A stretch of DNA of 21,033 nucleotides from Gemmatimonadota bacterium (GTDB taxonomy: Bacteria > Gemmatimonadota > Gemmatimonadetes > Gemmatimonadales > GWC2-71-9), in NCBI GenBank assembly GCA_036679605.1, contig JAZDCZ010000134.1, positions 1 through 21,033 on the forward strand, in the 5' to 3' direction. A program made the position numbers and the translations under genes. Positions 7,928 to 17,561 of this stretch are shown here, in pieces. Positions within the stretch are counted from its first letter, which is position 1. Each line of letters begins with the position of its first letter. The notes below the pieces were generated by a model. It was not told the DNA's origin. It saw only the letters and a list, made by a program, of their open reading frames with translations, and did not search any database.

Positions 7928-8831
7928 GAACCTATCCGAATTACCCCCTTTGAGCCGATAGTGGATCTGGCGATGGTGCCAGAGCATGGAGGCTCGCGAT
8001 GGGGAACAATCGATTTCAGGTGTCCGAAGCGTTTTTCGAGTTCTTTGAGAGGCTACTGCCCAAGCGAAAGAACACACATCGCTTTGGCGGCGGACGACCA
8101 CGGCGTTCGGACCGTGATTGTCTGAATGGGATACTCTTCGTGCTGCGCACCGGCTGCCAATGGAAAGCGCTCGACGCCACGGGCATCTGTCCGGGCTCGA
8201 CGGCTCATGACCGATTCCAAGAGTGGGTGCAGGCGAGCGTCTTTGAGAAGCTCTTCCATCGAGCGGTAAAGCGGTACGACGAATTGAGCGGCATCGATTG
8301 GTCGTTCCTGAGTCTGGACGGCGCGATGACCAAGGCTCCGCTCGGTGGGGAAAAAAACCGGCCGCAACCCCACGGACCGCGGAAAAAGCGGGACGAAACG
8401 CAGTCTGCTCGTGGACGCAGCCGGCATTCCGCTGTCGGTGTTCGTGGAGCCCGCCAACGTGCATGACATGTGCCTCGTCGGCGCGAATCTGATGGAGTTG
8501 GATGATTTGCCGGTGAAACGTCCGAGCCCGCGACGGACCGTCCAGGGCATGTGCATGGACAAGGGTTACGATTACCCGGAGATCCGGAAGTTGGTCAACA
8601 TGTACGGATTCAAGCCGCACATCCGTAGCCGAGGAGAAGAACGTCGCGCGGTGAAGCGTCGCCGCGGCTACCGTCCGCGACGCTGGGTCGTGGAGCGCAC
8701 GCACAGCTGGTACAACCGCTTCCGCGATCTGCTCATCCGCTGGTGCAAGAAAGAAGATAACTTCGTCGCTCAACTGCATCTCGCATCCGCCATCATCATT
8801 GGTAGTTTCATAGGGTTATCCGGATAGGCTC
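7928..8831 (+). mobile_element. Complete IS5-family element (two-ORF IS427/IS1031-like type), 904 bp
   Basis: IRL GAACCTATCCGAATTACCC (7928-7946) matches the reverse complement of IRR, GAGCCTATCCGGATAACCC (8813-8831), at 16 of 19 positions. TTA direct repeats at 7925-7927 and 8832-8834. Confidence 0.95.
7999..8827 (+). CDS. IS5-family DDE transposase in two overlapping ORFs (7999-8466 and 8345-8827)
   Basis: OrfA: GGRPR..DR..LNGILFVLRTGCQWKAL...SLDGAM. OrfB: GRNPTDRGKSGTKRSLLVD...DKGYD...RWVVERTHSW. The overlap contains GGGGAAAAAAAC at 8347-8358. Confidence 0.93.
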
Positions 8832-9034
8832 TTAATCGCCCACGCCCTCCACATCGCCGAATTGGTCGCTACGACCAGGCCGTACAACCGACGCTTGCAT
8901 TTCCTCGGAGCCCAGGTAGCCTCTCTTGTGCGATAAGCCGCCCAATCCGTTTGCCACCTCGTGAAGCCCTCGATCAACCACAGCACCTTCGATCATGACA
9001 GCAAACAAGACGCCATGCCACCCAACGCGTTACC

Positions 9035-10672
9035 CTAAAGCTGGCGAATCTTGTCCGCATATTCGGCAAGAACTCGATTGACAGTCATATAGAGACCGCA
9101 GCTTGTCCACAATTTCCTCTCCATCAGCCAAGCGAGACCGAACGGAACAACCCTTGAAGCATAGTCCTCCGTACGTCCGCTTGCCGCAAGAACCGCCTGT
9201 GTGTAGGAAAACGTAGGGGGAAACAGTGCTGCAATGGCCTTGCGCCAGACTGCCTTGACAATCCCGGGCCTCTTCGTCACCTCCATGCCATCAAGGACCG
9301 GGCAGAATCGCCGAATAACGGCCCGCTGGAACCTGAGATCCTTCTTGGCCTCCCGAGGTACGTCGAACAAATACTTGACTACCTCGTAGTCAAGAATCGG
9401 GTGATATCTGTATGCATACTGCTGAAAGGCTGAGATCCTGCTCCCACCCCAATATCTCATTCTTTCATGATAGTATATCCTCTCAGACAGCCGCTTTGGT
9501 GAATCTTCGCCATGTTTTTGCCCTAGCACCTCGAACTTACTCGCGAGCAGGTGCCTGTACTGCTCAAGGTGATCCCGAGGCATTGTCAGGTTGCGATTCA
9601 GCAAATAGCGATTGATGTACGACGCGATATCGTCGGCATAGTACTTGTCCCTGAACAATTCTCCGCCATACCCCCCCAGGATCATCGGCGCATCCTTCGC
9701 CTTTTCCTCAAAAAAGGTCGTCGTATAATATGCGCGAAAGATGTTTCGGCCCCCCTCCAGCATGTAAAAGCAATCCTCAGACAATTCAGCAATCTGCTGA
9801 CCGACGGCCCGTTTCTCATACAATCGAATATCGCGTCCCAACTCCTTCGCAATGTTCAAAGCGATGCGGTGATCCCTTGGATCCGCCTCATTGGTGTTGG
9901 TGTTGAAAAGAAACTCCTGTTCCTTGGCCTGCATGATCGAAGCTACGGTGCGCGAATCGTACCCGCCCGACAAATCTACCGACGTTGCGACCGTCGGAGA
10001 ATTGAAGATGTTGAAGTGTTCATCAAGAATGCCATGAAACTCCCACTCCGATGAATGGGTTGTCGCCGTAACATCAAGATATACACCTTCGTGCTTCACC
10101 GAATCCGACACCAGATACGTGCTAGCCTCTTTTAGATGGCGTATTTCGTTAAAAAGCGTTTCGCCGCCGTAGATACCCTCGGTATGGATGAACTCCAGGC
10201 AACTTTGCCGATTGACCGTCAGGGAGTCCATGGCATTGGCTGTCATAAGCAAGGATGAAGAGACATAGACACTGCCGTTCTCGTGCGCAGAGTAGACCGA
10301 CAGGAACCCCACCTTGTCAGTGATGACCCTGACCTCCTCTTTCTCATGGTCAATCACGACAAAAGCAAAATGACCTCGAACTGACGAAAACACTTCCTTG
10401 CCTGACAAGTGGTCATTCAAGATCTCTGACAAACATTCGTCGGGGTATTTGTTCTTGTAAAAGAAAGTGCCGAATCCTGCTATCGCGGCCCGTTGTTTCT
10501 GAGCAAAATTGTCGCTCTTACTCGAAGCAGCCCTCGTTGCATCGCCAAAAATTAGAACATTGACGCCACCGGATGCGATCTTGCGAGTCACACATTGTCC
10601 TTTTCTTGTCGCAACCGATATCGCCTTTTCGAGTTTTCCAGTATCATTGCTTATGAAGAATTGAACACTCAT
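9035..10672 (-). CDS. Asparagine-synthetase-related ATP-dependent amide ligase
   Basis: PP-loop VDLSGGYDSR, GGYGGELFR, and an N-terminal GATase-like region (RGHFAFVVID...ITDKVG) with no N-terminal Cys. Start MSVQFF at 10672 with GGAGG RBS. The longer ORF start lies inside the neighbouring IS. Visibly AT-richer than the flanks. Confidence 0.82.
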   Translation of the reverse strand: MSVQFFISNDTGKLEKAISVATRKGQCVTRKIASGGVNVLIFGDATRAASSKSDNFAQKQRAAIAGFGTFFYKNKYPDECLSEILNDHLSGKEVFSSVRGHFAFVVIDHEKEEVRVITDKVGFLSVYSAHENGSVYVSSSLLMTANAMDSLTVNRQSCLEFIHTEGIYGGETLFNEIRHLKEASTYLVSDSVKHEGVYLDVTATTHSSEWEFHGILDEHFNIFNSPTVATSVDLSGGYDSRTVASIMQAKEQEFLFNTNTNEADPRDHRIALNIAKELGRDIRLYEKRAVGQQIAELSEDCFYMLEGGRNIFRAYYTTTFFEEKAKDAPMILGGYGGELFRDKYYADDIASYINRYLLNRNLTMPRDHLEQYRHLLASKFEVLGQKHGEDSPKRLSERIYYHERMRYWGGSRISAFQQYAYRYHPILDYEVVKYLFDVPREAKKDLRFQRAVIRRFCPVLDGMEVTKRPGIVKAVWRKAIAALFPPTFSYTQAVLAASGRTEDYASRVVPFGLAWLMERKLWTSCGLYMTVNRVLAEYADKIRQL

Positions 10673-10812
10673 GATGCCTCCAGTACATCGCGTTGAAGTC
10701 ATTCCAGCTATGCGCCGTTTACTGGTTATCCTAGCGGACGATCTGCATCCTGCAACCGCAAGCGGTGCAGCTCGCGAAGATTCCCATCCGTCCTTGCGCT
10801 CATGCCGAATAA

Positions 10813-11275
10813 GAGCCTGTCCTGATAGGGCGATGATATCCGACATCTTCCGTGGCACAAGGAGTGTGCCGCGGGAGATTCATGGATGAAGCGTAAGACC
10901 TGGAGAAGTCGGTATCCCAAGCCGTGCGACGAGCAGTGGAGAGTTCCAGACGAACTGTGGGAGCGGATCGAGCCGTTGATTCCGCCTCCGAAGCCGCATC
11001 CCCTGGGGTGTCACAAGCCCCGGACGCCGAATCGGACGATTCTTGATGTCATCCTCTTTGGCTTACGGACAGGATGTCAGTGGAAAGCCCTGGATGCCAC
11101 GAAGATTTGCTCCGGCTCCGTCGCCCACTATTGGTTTCAAGAGTGGACGAAGGCGAGGGTGTTTGAGCGGCTGTGGGTGAGTGGATTGAAGGAATATGAC
11201 ACTTTGCATGGGATTCAGTGGGCTTGGCAGCCCATGGATGGTGCGATGACCCAGGCGCCCTATCAGCATAGGCTC
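10813..11275 (+). mobile_element. Internally deleted IS5-family element with both termini, 463 bp
   Basis: IRL GAGCCTGTCCTGATAGGGCG matches the reverse complement of IRR, GAGCCTATGCTGATAGGGCG, at 18 of 20 positions. TAA direct repeats at 10810-10812 and 11276-11278. Only orfA is retained. Confidence 0.92.
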
Positions 11276-11278
11276 TAA
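10886..11278 (+). pseudogene. IS5-family transposase, N-terminal half only
   Basis: WRVPDELWERIEPLIP...HPLGCHKPR...LRTGCQWKALDAT...FQEW...MDGAMTQAP, then it runs straight into the right IR. The second D and the E of the DDE triad are missing. Confidence 0.9.
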
Positions 11279-11548
11279 GCTGTTTCAGCCGATGGTTTTT
11301 GGCAAGGTTGTACTGGTCAGCAGCACCGGACCGATGATGCGCGTCCTGAAGGACGCCGAGTGCGTGCTGGTGTTCAAGGAGCGCGATTCGTAGAGCCTCG
11401 CCCAGCGGATCATCGAGCTCATGGATCCTGCATTGCGAAAACGCCTAGGAGCCAACGGCCGGCGCGCTGTCGGGGACCGCTACAACTGGTCCCAATCGGT
11501 GCAGCCGCTGCTCGACGCGTATCGCGCATTGCGGTAGCGCGGGCATGT

Positions 11549-13387
11549 TCATTCCATGTCGAGCACCAGAATACTCACACCCGGCCCTTTGAATTGCCCG
11601 CGAACGTGCCCGCGCACCCACTCAAGTTGGCGCACGATGTGCCCGCTCACGAGGACGCGGTCGATGCCATACTTGGCGAGCAACGCCTTACGGACCGGCC
11701 AGGGCAGATCCGCGTAGAGTAGCTGACTGAGATCGAGACGCCGCTCGCGGTTCGTCGGCCCGACGCCAACGGCCCGGTCGGGCACGAGGATGTGACAATC
11801 GTGCAGCATCACCATGCTTCGGCCGGCGCGCGGATGGGCCAGAATCACCGATCCGCGCGGAATGTTCTCGGCGTAGAAAGCGCTGCGTTCTTGCAGACGC
11901 GCAAGCCACGCCCCGCGCTTCTCCGGCGCTAGGCGGAACTTGTCACGGTAGACCCTCCAACTGTACTCGCCCCGATCCCAGTTCTGGTACAGCGCCATCG
12001 CAACCACCAACGCGCTGAGCGGAAGACGCGCCCACCAGGTCGGCTTCAGACGCTCCACCGCCAGCGCCACCGCCCCGCCGACAGCCACCGGCATCACGAG
12101 TCCGATAACCGTGCCGATTCGCAGCACGATCCAGCTGGCGCCCAGGATGCTCACCAGCGCTGTACACAACGGCGGAAAGAACAGCACAGTGAACGCGATC
12201 GCAGCCAGCGCCGCCAGCACCAGCGCTTCGCGCCTGCGGTCGAGGAACACCAGGCCCACCAGGCCGGCAACCAGCAGCCCCGACCGCACGATACCATCGC
12301 TCTTCCGAAATACGCTGAACTTGAACGACACCCAGCCGCTCTCGGATTCGTGAAATTTTGCCGACTGTTCCTTCTCGTCGGGCGTGCTCGGATTATCCTC
12401 AACCACGATACGCGCCGGCCGATCACCCCCGAATCGCGAAGCCAGCACAAACGGCGCGCCGGCCAGCAATGCCGCCGCGCATATCAGGAGCAACTTCCGT
12501 TCGCCGCGCCGGCGGATGGCCCGCACGACAAACTGTGCCATCAGGATGGGCGCAATCACCAGGCCCGCGAAGAATGCGTACAGCACGTGAATCTGCCCGA
12601 GCACCAGCGAAGCGCCGGCAAGCTTAAGCGGCACCGGCCACTTCAGCGGCCCGCGCAGCGCCTGTACGGCGAACGCCATGGCAACGGGCAGCAGACAGAG
12701 CGATGCGATCTTGTTGGGATACATCACAAAAGGCACCGGGCTGACGGCCGCCGCCTTATACAGCGCCGGTATCCACGCCGCCCAACGGCTTCGCAGTACA
12801 CTCCATGCGAAGTAGTAGTACCCGCCGAATATCGCGAGTTTCACCCAGAGCAGGCTGACCGACCACACGGTCAGATAGTCCACGCCCGTCAAGCGCGCGC
12901 AGGCGGCCTCCAGCGCGTGAAAGAGGTTGGTATGGTACAGCGCGAAGAATGTTTCGGTGTCGAGATAGGGCCCGCGATTTGAAAATCCATGATCCAGAAT
13001 GAGGCGGATCCGCGCCACGTGCACCTCGGCGTCGCCCGAAAGAAACGCCCCCGCACGCGCGCCGAATACCAGATCGACTGCCACCAGCAGCAGTTCGATC
13101 CCGAGCCCGGTCACCACCACCCTACCGAGCACCCGCCACCAACCGCGGTGCGCGATCAGGATCAACGATGCCAGCACGACAAGCACCACTGCCCCCGCGA
13201 AAACGAACACCGGGAGACGCGCCAAATAGCAGACCACTGAAACCGGCGAGAGGATCACGAAGGTCCAGAAATACCCCAGGCCGAGCATGCCCGGCAAGCC
13301 GCATTCGTCGTCCGTGCAATCCACCAACCGCGCAGTCACGATCCCGGGTATCAGCAGCGCCAGCCAGAAAATGAGGCATGCAAACAT
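11549..13387 (-). CDS. Polytopic membrane protein, possibly GT-C-like (surface glycan modification)
   Basis: 612 aa with more than ten hydrophobic segments, an external loop GDAEVHVARIR after the N-terminal helices, and a small soluble C-terminal domain (IPRGSVILA...LLAKYGIDRVLV). It is flanked by glycan gene remnants. The function is inferred. Confidence 0.7.
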   Translation of the reverse strand: MFACLIFWLALLIPGIVTARLVDCTDDECGLPGMLGLGYFWTFVILSPVSVVCYLARLPVFVFAGAVVLVVLASLILIAHRGWWRVLGRVVVTGLGIELLLVAVDLVFGARAGAFLSGDAEVHVARIRLILDHGFSNRGPYLDTETFFALYHTNLFHALEAACARLTGVDYLTVWSVSLLWVKLAIFGGYYYFAWSVLRSRWAAWIPALYKAAAVSPVPFVMYPNKIASLCLLPVAMAFAVQALRGPLKWPVPLKLAGASLVLGQIHVLYAFFAGLVIAPILMAQFVVRAIRRRGERKLLLICAAALLAGAPFVLASRFGGDRPARIVVEDNPSTPDEKEQSAKFHESESGWVSFKFSVFRKSDGIVRSGLLVAGLVGLVFLDRRREALVLAALAAIAFTVLFFPPLCTALVSILGASWIVLRIGTVIGLVMPVAVGGAVALAVERLKPTWWARLPLSALVVAMALYQNWDRGEYSWRVYRDKFRLAPEKRGAWLARLQERSAFYAENIPRGSVILAHPRAGRSMVMLHDCHILVPDRAVGVGPTNRERRLDLSQLLYADLPWPVRKALLAKYGIDRVLVSGHIVRQLEWVRGHVRGQFKGPGVSILVLDME

Positions 13388-13586
13388 GGTCGGGGCAATC
13401 GTGCGACAGGGGTCGCCGCCGCTCCCAGCGAGCGGGCGAAGACGATTCGACTGCGCACAGTGCCAAGTGTCAAACCGCGTCGCGCGGGGATGGGACTTTC
13501 GCCGCGTTCACTCCGCGGGTAACATGCGCAACCGCTTCGCCTCAGGGACGGCTGGGCGAAACGCGCTTTGGAACCCAAGTACACGG

Positions 13587-13776
13587 ATGCCCGCGGTGCC
13601 CCAACCTTCCAGGACACTCTTTCTCATTCAGGCACGCGGCGGAAGCCAGCGGCTACGCGAAAAAAACCTGCGCGAAGTGGGCGGTATCCCGCTCCTGGGA
13701 CGTGCGATCGCTGTGGCGCAACCGCGCGGCTGCGCTGCTCGAAGAGCCTGCGCGAATCCTCGTAAGTACCGACAAC
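13587..13776 (+). pseudogene. Acylneuraminate/nonulosonate cytidylyltransferase (NeuA-like) N-terminal remnant
   Basis: TLFLIQARGGSQRLREKNLREVGGIPLLGRAIAVA, a frameshift near 13720, then RAAALLEEPARILVSTDN. ARGGS...KN and VSTD are family motifs. Nothing further follows. Confidence 0.8.
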
Positions 13777-14176
13777 CGCCACCAAAGTGAAGTGGTGACG
13801 CCAATTCCTCTTAGCGGTCGCATCCGTCGACGTTGCCCGATGGCCCTGACGACGCCGGTGCAGCATACCAAAGCTGCATTGAAAAAGACAAGCATTACCG
13901 GCCTGCCACGCCGCTGACGCTTCAAACGCCGCCTGGAATGAAGTGGAACTGCACAGTTCGCCCGCTAGCCGACCCATGCAATCGCGATCAATGCGGTTAT
14001 CCGCCTGGGCGGCACAGCAACGATCGATCAAAACTCAAAGGGAATCGAATTCGCCGTTTCCCGCTTGTCCTTAAGCATAAAATGAATGTACCGCTACGTC
14101 GTCCGCTAGTCCACGTGCCTCAGAACCGTATCTCCGGCGGGGGACGTTAGGCAATTCAGAGTTTCGGTAGTACCGG

Positions 14177-15244
14177 CTAGCGCAGACACATGCACCTATA
14201 CTCGAGGTTGGCCAGATCGCTCTTGCGTTTGTCGTTCGGGTCGGCCTCGTGGTCCCAGTCGTCTCCGCTGCCACGGGCACGGCTGACGAGGTGGCACGCG
14301 CAGGAAGCACCGCGGTCGGTGCATCCGCTCTGGTTGACGCACCAGATCTCGGGACTCGTTGGTGGGCCGCCCGTTCCGGGCGAGATGCACCCCGGTCCGC
14401 AGATCGTGTATCCGTCGGGTGGCTCACCGGGGGCGAACATCAACTCCGAACTGCACGAGGCGCCGCTGTCCACTTGGACGAGTTGAAGCGAGATGATCTC
14501 GGTGTCGATCATCAGGGTCATGTCGTGACCACTTTGCCCGAAGGCCACAACATTGCCCGCGGTAGCCGTTGTGTCGTCCGTGAGGGTCAGCGGAATGTCA
14601 TCGTTGTCGGTAAGTCCACCGAGGGTGAGGGTGCTTTCGTCAAACGATAGAGTAACTTCGCCGTCGTCGTCTCCACACGTACCGGCGCCGCTGTAGACGC
14701 CGGTTGCTCCGATCAGGGCGCCGACCGTTCCTATGTCACTCCCGGTGCATATTCCGGTGGCTGGATCGCACGTCTCGCCCTCCAGGCAGACGACCGGTGT
14801 GCCGGCGCAATTGCCCGCTTCGCCGGCGGGATCGCACACGTCGTTTTCGGTGCAGACGTCGCCGTCGTCACAGCCCTCATCAGTGCTTTCGCACGAGGGA
14901 TTTCCCTCGGCGTCAGTCACACAACTGTCCGTCGTGCAATGGTTCTCGTCGTCGCACGGGAAATCCACACACGGATCCACGCAGGCACCGTCCGGTTCGG
15001 CGCAGAACGTACCGGAATCGCATTCGACCGGCGTACCATCCCCGCAGACAACCTGTCCGCCATCGGCGGTGCAGGTCTCCACGCCGTTGCAGGCAACCCC
15101 ATCGTTACAGGGATTGCTCAGACACGGATCGCAGCCTGTTGTCAGGATGAGCAGCGTGGTCAAGCCGCAGATCGTGCCCCAGCGGGTAACCTTTCGGACG
15201 ATCATGCGAGATTTCGTGTGGAATGTGTCATTCGGAGTCGTCAT
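14177..15244 (-). CDS. Cys-rich lipoprotein of unknown function
   Basis: Lipobox LTTGC, repeats CNDGVACNGVETC, CDDENHCTTDSC and CDDGDVCTENDVC, a beta-rich middle domain and a Cys-rich C-terminal domain. The start is uncertain (15244 or 15205). Confidence 0.78.
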   Translation of the reverse strand: MTTPNDTFHTKSRMIVRKVTRWGTICGLTTLLILTTGCDPCLSNPCNDGVACNGVETCTADGGQVVCGDGTPVECDSGTFCAEPDGACVDPCVDFPCDDENHCTTDSCVTDAEGNPSCESTDEGCDDGDVCTENDVCDPAGEAGNCAGTPVVCLEGETCDPATGICTGSDIGTVGALIGATGVYSGAGTCGDDDGEVTLSFDESTLTLGGLTDNDDIPLTLTDDTTATAGNVVAFGQSGHDMTLMIDTEIISLQLVQVDSGASCSSELMFAPGEPPDGYTICGPGCISPGTGGPPTSPEIWCVNQSGCTDRGASCACHLVSRARGSGDDWDHEADPNDKRKSDLANLEYRCMCLR

Positions 15245-15491
15245 GAGCGTGTGCGTCCTCAAGAGCGAGTAGTTCCGAAGTTCCCAATTTGTCAGATGTC
15301 GGCTGGTCATCCTACGCAACGGCCTCCACCAGTCAACGGAAAATGCCTCTTATGGATCGACGACCGCGGCTGGCGTCCGTATTCGCCTTCGATCATGCTG
15401 CCTCACAAGTAGATGACACGGTGGCCGCACTCTTTGTGCATGGACATGCGCCGCGGATCAGCCGAGGCTGCTTGCCGCAGATTCTCGCATC

Positions 15492-15764
15492 TTCCCAGCC
15501 GAGCACTGGATTCACGTGCGCACGACCAACCCGATCGAAAGTGCATTCGCGACGGTGCGCCTGCGGCATCGCAAGACCAAGGGATCGGGCTCGCGGGCAG
15601 CCTGCCTGGCCATGGTGTTCAAGCTGATGGAGAGCGCATCGAAGAAATGGCGAACGCTGAACGGATCAGCCTTGATTGTCAGGGGGCGGTCATAACCGGC
15701 CAGTCGGGGGCGAATGAAAACCGCCGCTTGGAAAATCCGAATCCACAAGATTTAGAGATACCTC
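15492..15764 (+). mobile_element. IS256-family remnant: transposase C-terminus and probable right end
   Basis: Manual translation FPAEHWIHVRTTNPIESAFATVRLRHRKTKGSGSRAACLAMVFKLMESASKKWRTLNG is a typical IS256 tail. It is followed by ATCCACAAGATTTAGAGATACCTC, which resembles IS256 termini. Not in the ORF track. Confidence 0.88.
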
Positions 15765-15782
15765 CCTTTGGACACCGCCGGG

Positions 15783-17561
15783 TCACTGTTGCGGAAGGTG
15801 AGCCTGCGTTTCCTCCATGACTATGTCGGGAACGTCCCAGCCCTTCTGCTGCATCAATTCGTAGAACGCTCGTCGATAAAGGAGCTGCACTGAAATGGTA
15901 ACCTCGTCGCCTCCGGAAGAGAACGTGTACTGCGAGACATCCTCTGCCTCCGCAGGCAACCGCGTGTCGCTCAGAATGCGGGTCTGGTTCCAATACGCGC
16001 CCGATGGCGAGACTTCCGTCCACAGCTCTTCGAGCACCTTGGCGTATGCCCGGCCCGGTTCTCCCGCGTAGTCCCCAGCCCAGGCAGGCAGAACAGGCCC
16101 CTCCGTCAAGTCAAGGCCGACGCCGTCCGAATCGCTTGCGGAGACAACCAGCAGGATGTTGCGCAGCGGTGAGTCCGTGGGGATATGGTGGCCCGCCCTG
16201 GTGTTGGTGACGGACACCTCGACCTCGATCGCATCGCCGCTCCGTGTGGCACCAACGGTAAGCTCGGCAGTGTTCTGCAGCAGTGACTCATCCGCCGCCC
16301 CCGGCATCAGATGGCTTGCGATCGAGTCGGGGTTTCTCAGCAAGCCTCCCTCATCTTCACGCACGAACCGCGTGGCGCCGCGTCGCGGCATGTGGCAATC
16401 TTGACAGGTTTGCCCGGTCTCCGCGTCGCTGTAGGAACTGGCCAACCACTCGCCATACGAGTTGTAGATCTCCACTCCCCAGAAGTTGGCGGAGTGACAG
16501 GGAGCGCAGTAGAGGCTTTCCTGATACAGCGGAGAGCAAGTATCGTCTCCAGGTGCCACATCATCGAGTGGTCCGATGAACAACTGCCGGTCGTTGCCCG
16601 GTCTGAGGAGTTCTATGGAGAGCACGCCGGGCATGTTGTCGTACGGTAACCCCGTTGCCGGATCTAGCCGCACGTCCCAGATCTTATGGCAGAAATCGCA
16701 GGTAACGCCTTCGGTACCCACACCGGTCACCAGGTCCGGATCCGTGCCGTACGGAGCGTCGGTGGCAGCGGCAGGTAGATGGCAGGCGGCGCAGTTGCCC
16801 GCTTGTTCAGGGAAGTCCAGCTTGAACCCCGGCCCGTAGTACTCCTGATTCGGGTCCGGAGGCAGCGGGACTCGGCCATAGTCCCGGTGAGTAAAGTACC
16901 GCGTGGGCGGACTCTGCCTGCCGGAGAGATCGACCCCGCGGTACATCGACAGGAACCGCGGGTTCGTGGCGGACGTCCCATGGGCATCGGCCTGCCATTC
17001 GTCGAAGGGCAACATGGAACCGGTGTCGTTCGGATCAGAGTGACACTGCTGGCAGTGAATGCTCTCATCGTCTTGGAGATTCGCTTCCAGCCACGCGTAC
17101 TCCGCATTGTCTGACGTGGTGTGGCTCTCGAGCGTTATCGTCGCGTCGGTATCGCCGACCCGCGCTTCCACGGGGCCGACGATGTAATACCCCGGCGCCC
17201 ACGCCGTCAGCGGAACCGGGTCACTCGCATCCGCCTCCGCAACCTGGCTCAATCCCAGAACGAACTTCCCGTCCGCTGTCGTCGTGGCTGTGTAGTCGGT
17301 CGTCTGTACGCGAACGACCGCGCCGGCCACCGGTCCTGTCTCGTCGCGTACGATACCTCGAATGTAGGAACCGCTGCCGGAATCCAGGTTTGAGTCGTCG
17401 CCGACCCGCATCGGCGGCTCGCCCCAGCATCCCAATTGCAGCATCATGCCGGCAAGCGCCAACGCCAGACCACGCCACGCCGCTCGAAGCTGCGCACCGC
17501 GTGATTGCTCACCGCTCTGCCTTCGAATTGCGGCCCGCAGCCTGCGTACGTCCCGATTCAT
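15783..17561 (-). CDS. Pentaheme c-type cytochrome lipoprotein with N-terminal carboxypeptidase-regulatory-like domain and C-terminal Ig-like domain
   Basis: Heme motifs CQQCH, CAACH, CDFCH, CAPCH and CQDCH. Lipobox-like LQLGC. N-terminal IRGIVRDETGPVAGAVVRV...TTTADGKF and C-terminal VTNTRAGHHIPT. The ATG at 17561 overlaps the upstream stop (ATGA). Confidence 0.88.
   Translation of the reverse strand: MNRDVRRLRAAIRRQSGEQSRGAQLRAAWRGLALALAGMMLQLGCWGEPPMRVGDDSNLDSGSGSYIRGIVRDETGPVAGAVVRVQTTDYTATTTADGKFVLGLSQVAEADASDPVPLTAWAPGYYIVGPVEARVGDTDATITLESHTTSDNAEYAWLEANLQDDESIHCQQCHSDPNDTGSMLPFDEWQADAHGTSATNPRFLSMYRGVDLSGRQSPPTRYFTHRDYGRVPLPPDPNQEYYGPGFKLDFPEQAGNCAACHLPAAATDAPYGTDPDLVTGVGTEGVTCDFCHKIWDVRLDPATGLPYDNMPGVLSIELLRPGNDRQLFIGPLDDVAPGDDTCSPLYQESLYCAPCHSANFWGVEIYNSYGEWLASSYSDAETGQTCQDCHMPRRGATRFVREDEGGLLRNPDSIASHLMPGAADESLLQNTAELTVGATRSGDAIEVEVSVTNTRAGHHIPTDSPLRNILLVVSASDSDGVGLDLTEGPVLPAWAGDYAGEPGRAYAKVLEELWTEVSPSGAYWNQTRILSDTRLPAEAEDVSQYTFSSGGDEVTISVQLLYRRAFYELMQQKGWDVPDIVMEETQAHLPQQ

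Larger units (their letters stand above)
10802..11537 (+). pseudogene. GT4-family glycosyltransferase C-terminal remnant interrupted by an IS5 derivative
   Basis: Removing 10813-11278 gives MPNKLFQPMVFGKVVLVSSTGPMMRVLKDAECVLVFKERDS*SLAQRIIELMDPALRKRLGANGRRAVGDRYNWSQSVQPLLDAYRALR*. In-frame TAG at 11391-11393. Not in the ORF track. Confidence 0.85.

Noticed and set aside
7925..8779. 284-aa minus-strand ORF inside IS5
   Set aside because: Antisense to the transposase. Such shadow ORFs are common in IS5 elements, and there is no independent support.
9035..10672. Lasso peptide cyclase or RiPP cluster
   Set aside because: The fold family fits, but no precursor peptide, B1/RRE or B2 protease gene is visible, and the neighbours are glycan-related.
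7928..11275. Composite transposon of two IS5 elements carrying the Asn-synthetase-like gene
   Set aside because: Each element has its own target duplication (TTA and TAA) and different inner IR sequence, so they are independent insertions.
14075..14152. Integron attC-like site ending in GTTAGGC
   Set aside because: No proper RYYYAAC inverse core or convincing internal palindrome, no second site and no integrase in the window.
14285..14310. CACH as a contracted CxCH heme-binding motif
   Set aside because: It sits in a Cys-rich, probably disulfide-bonded domain with no other cytochrome features.
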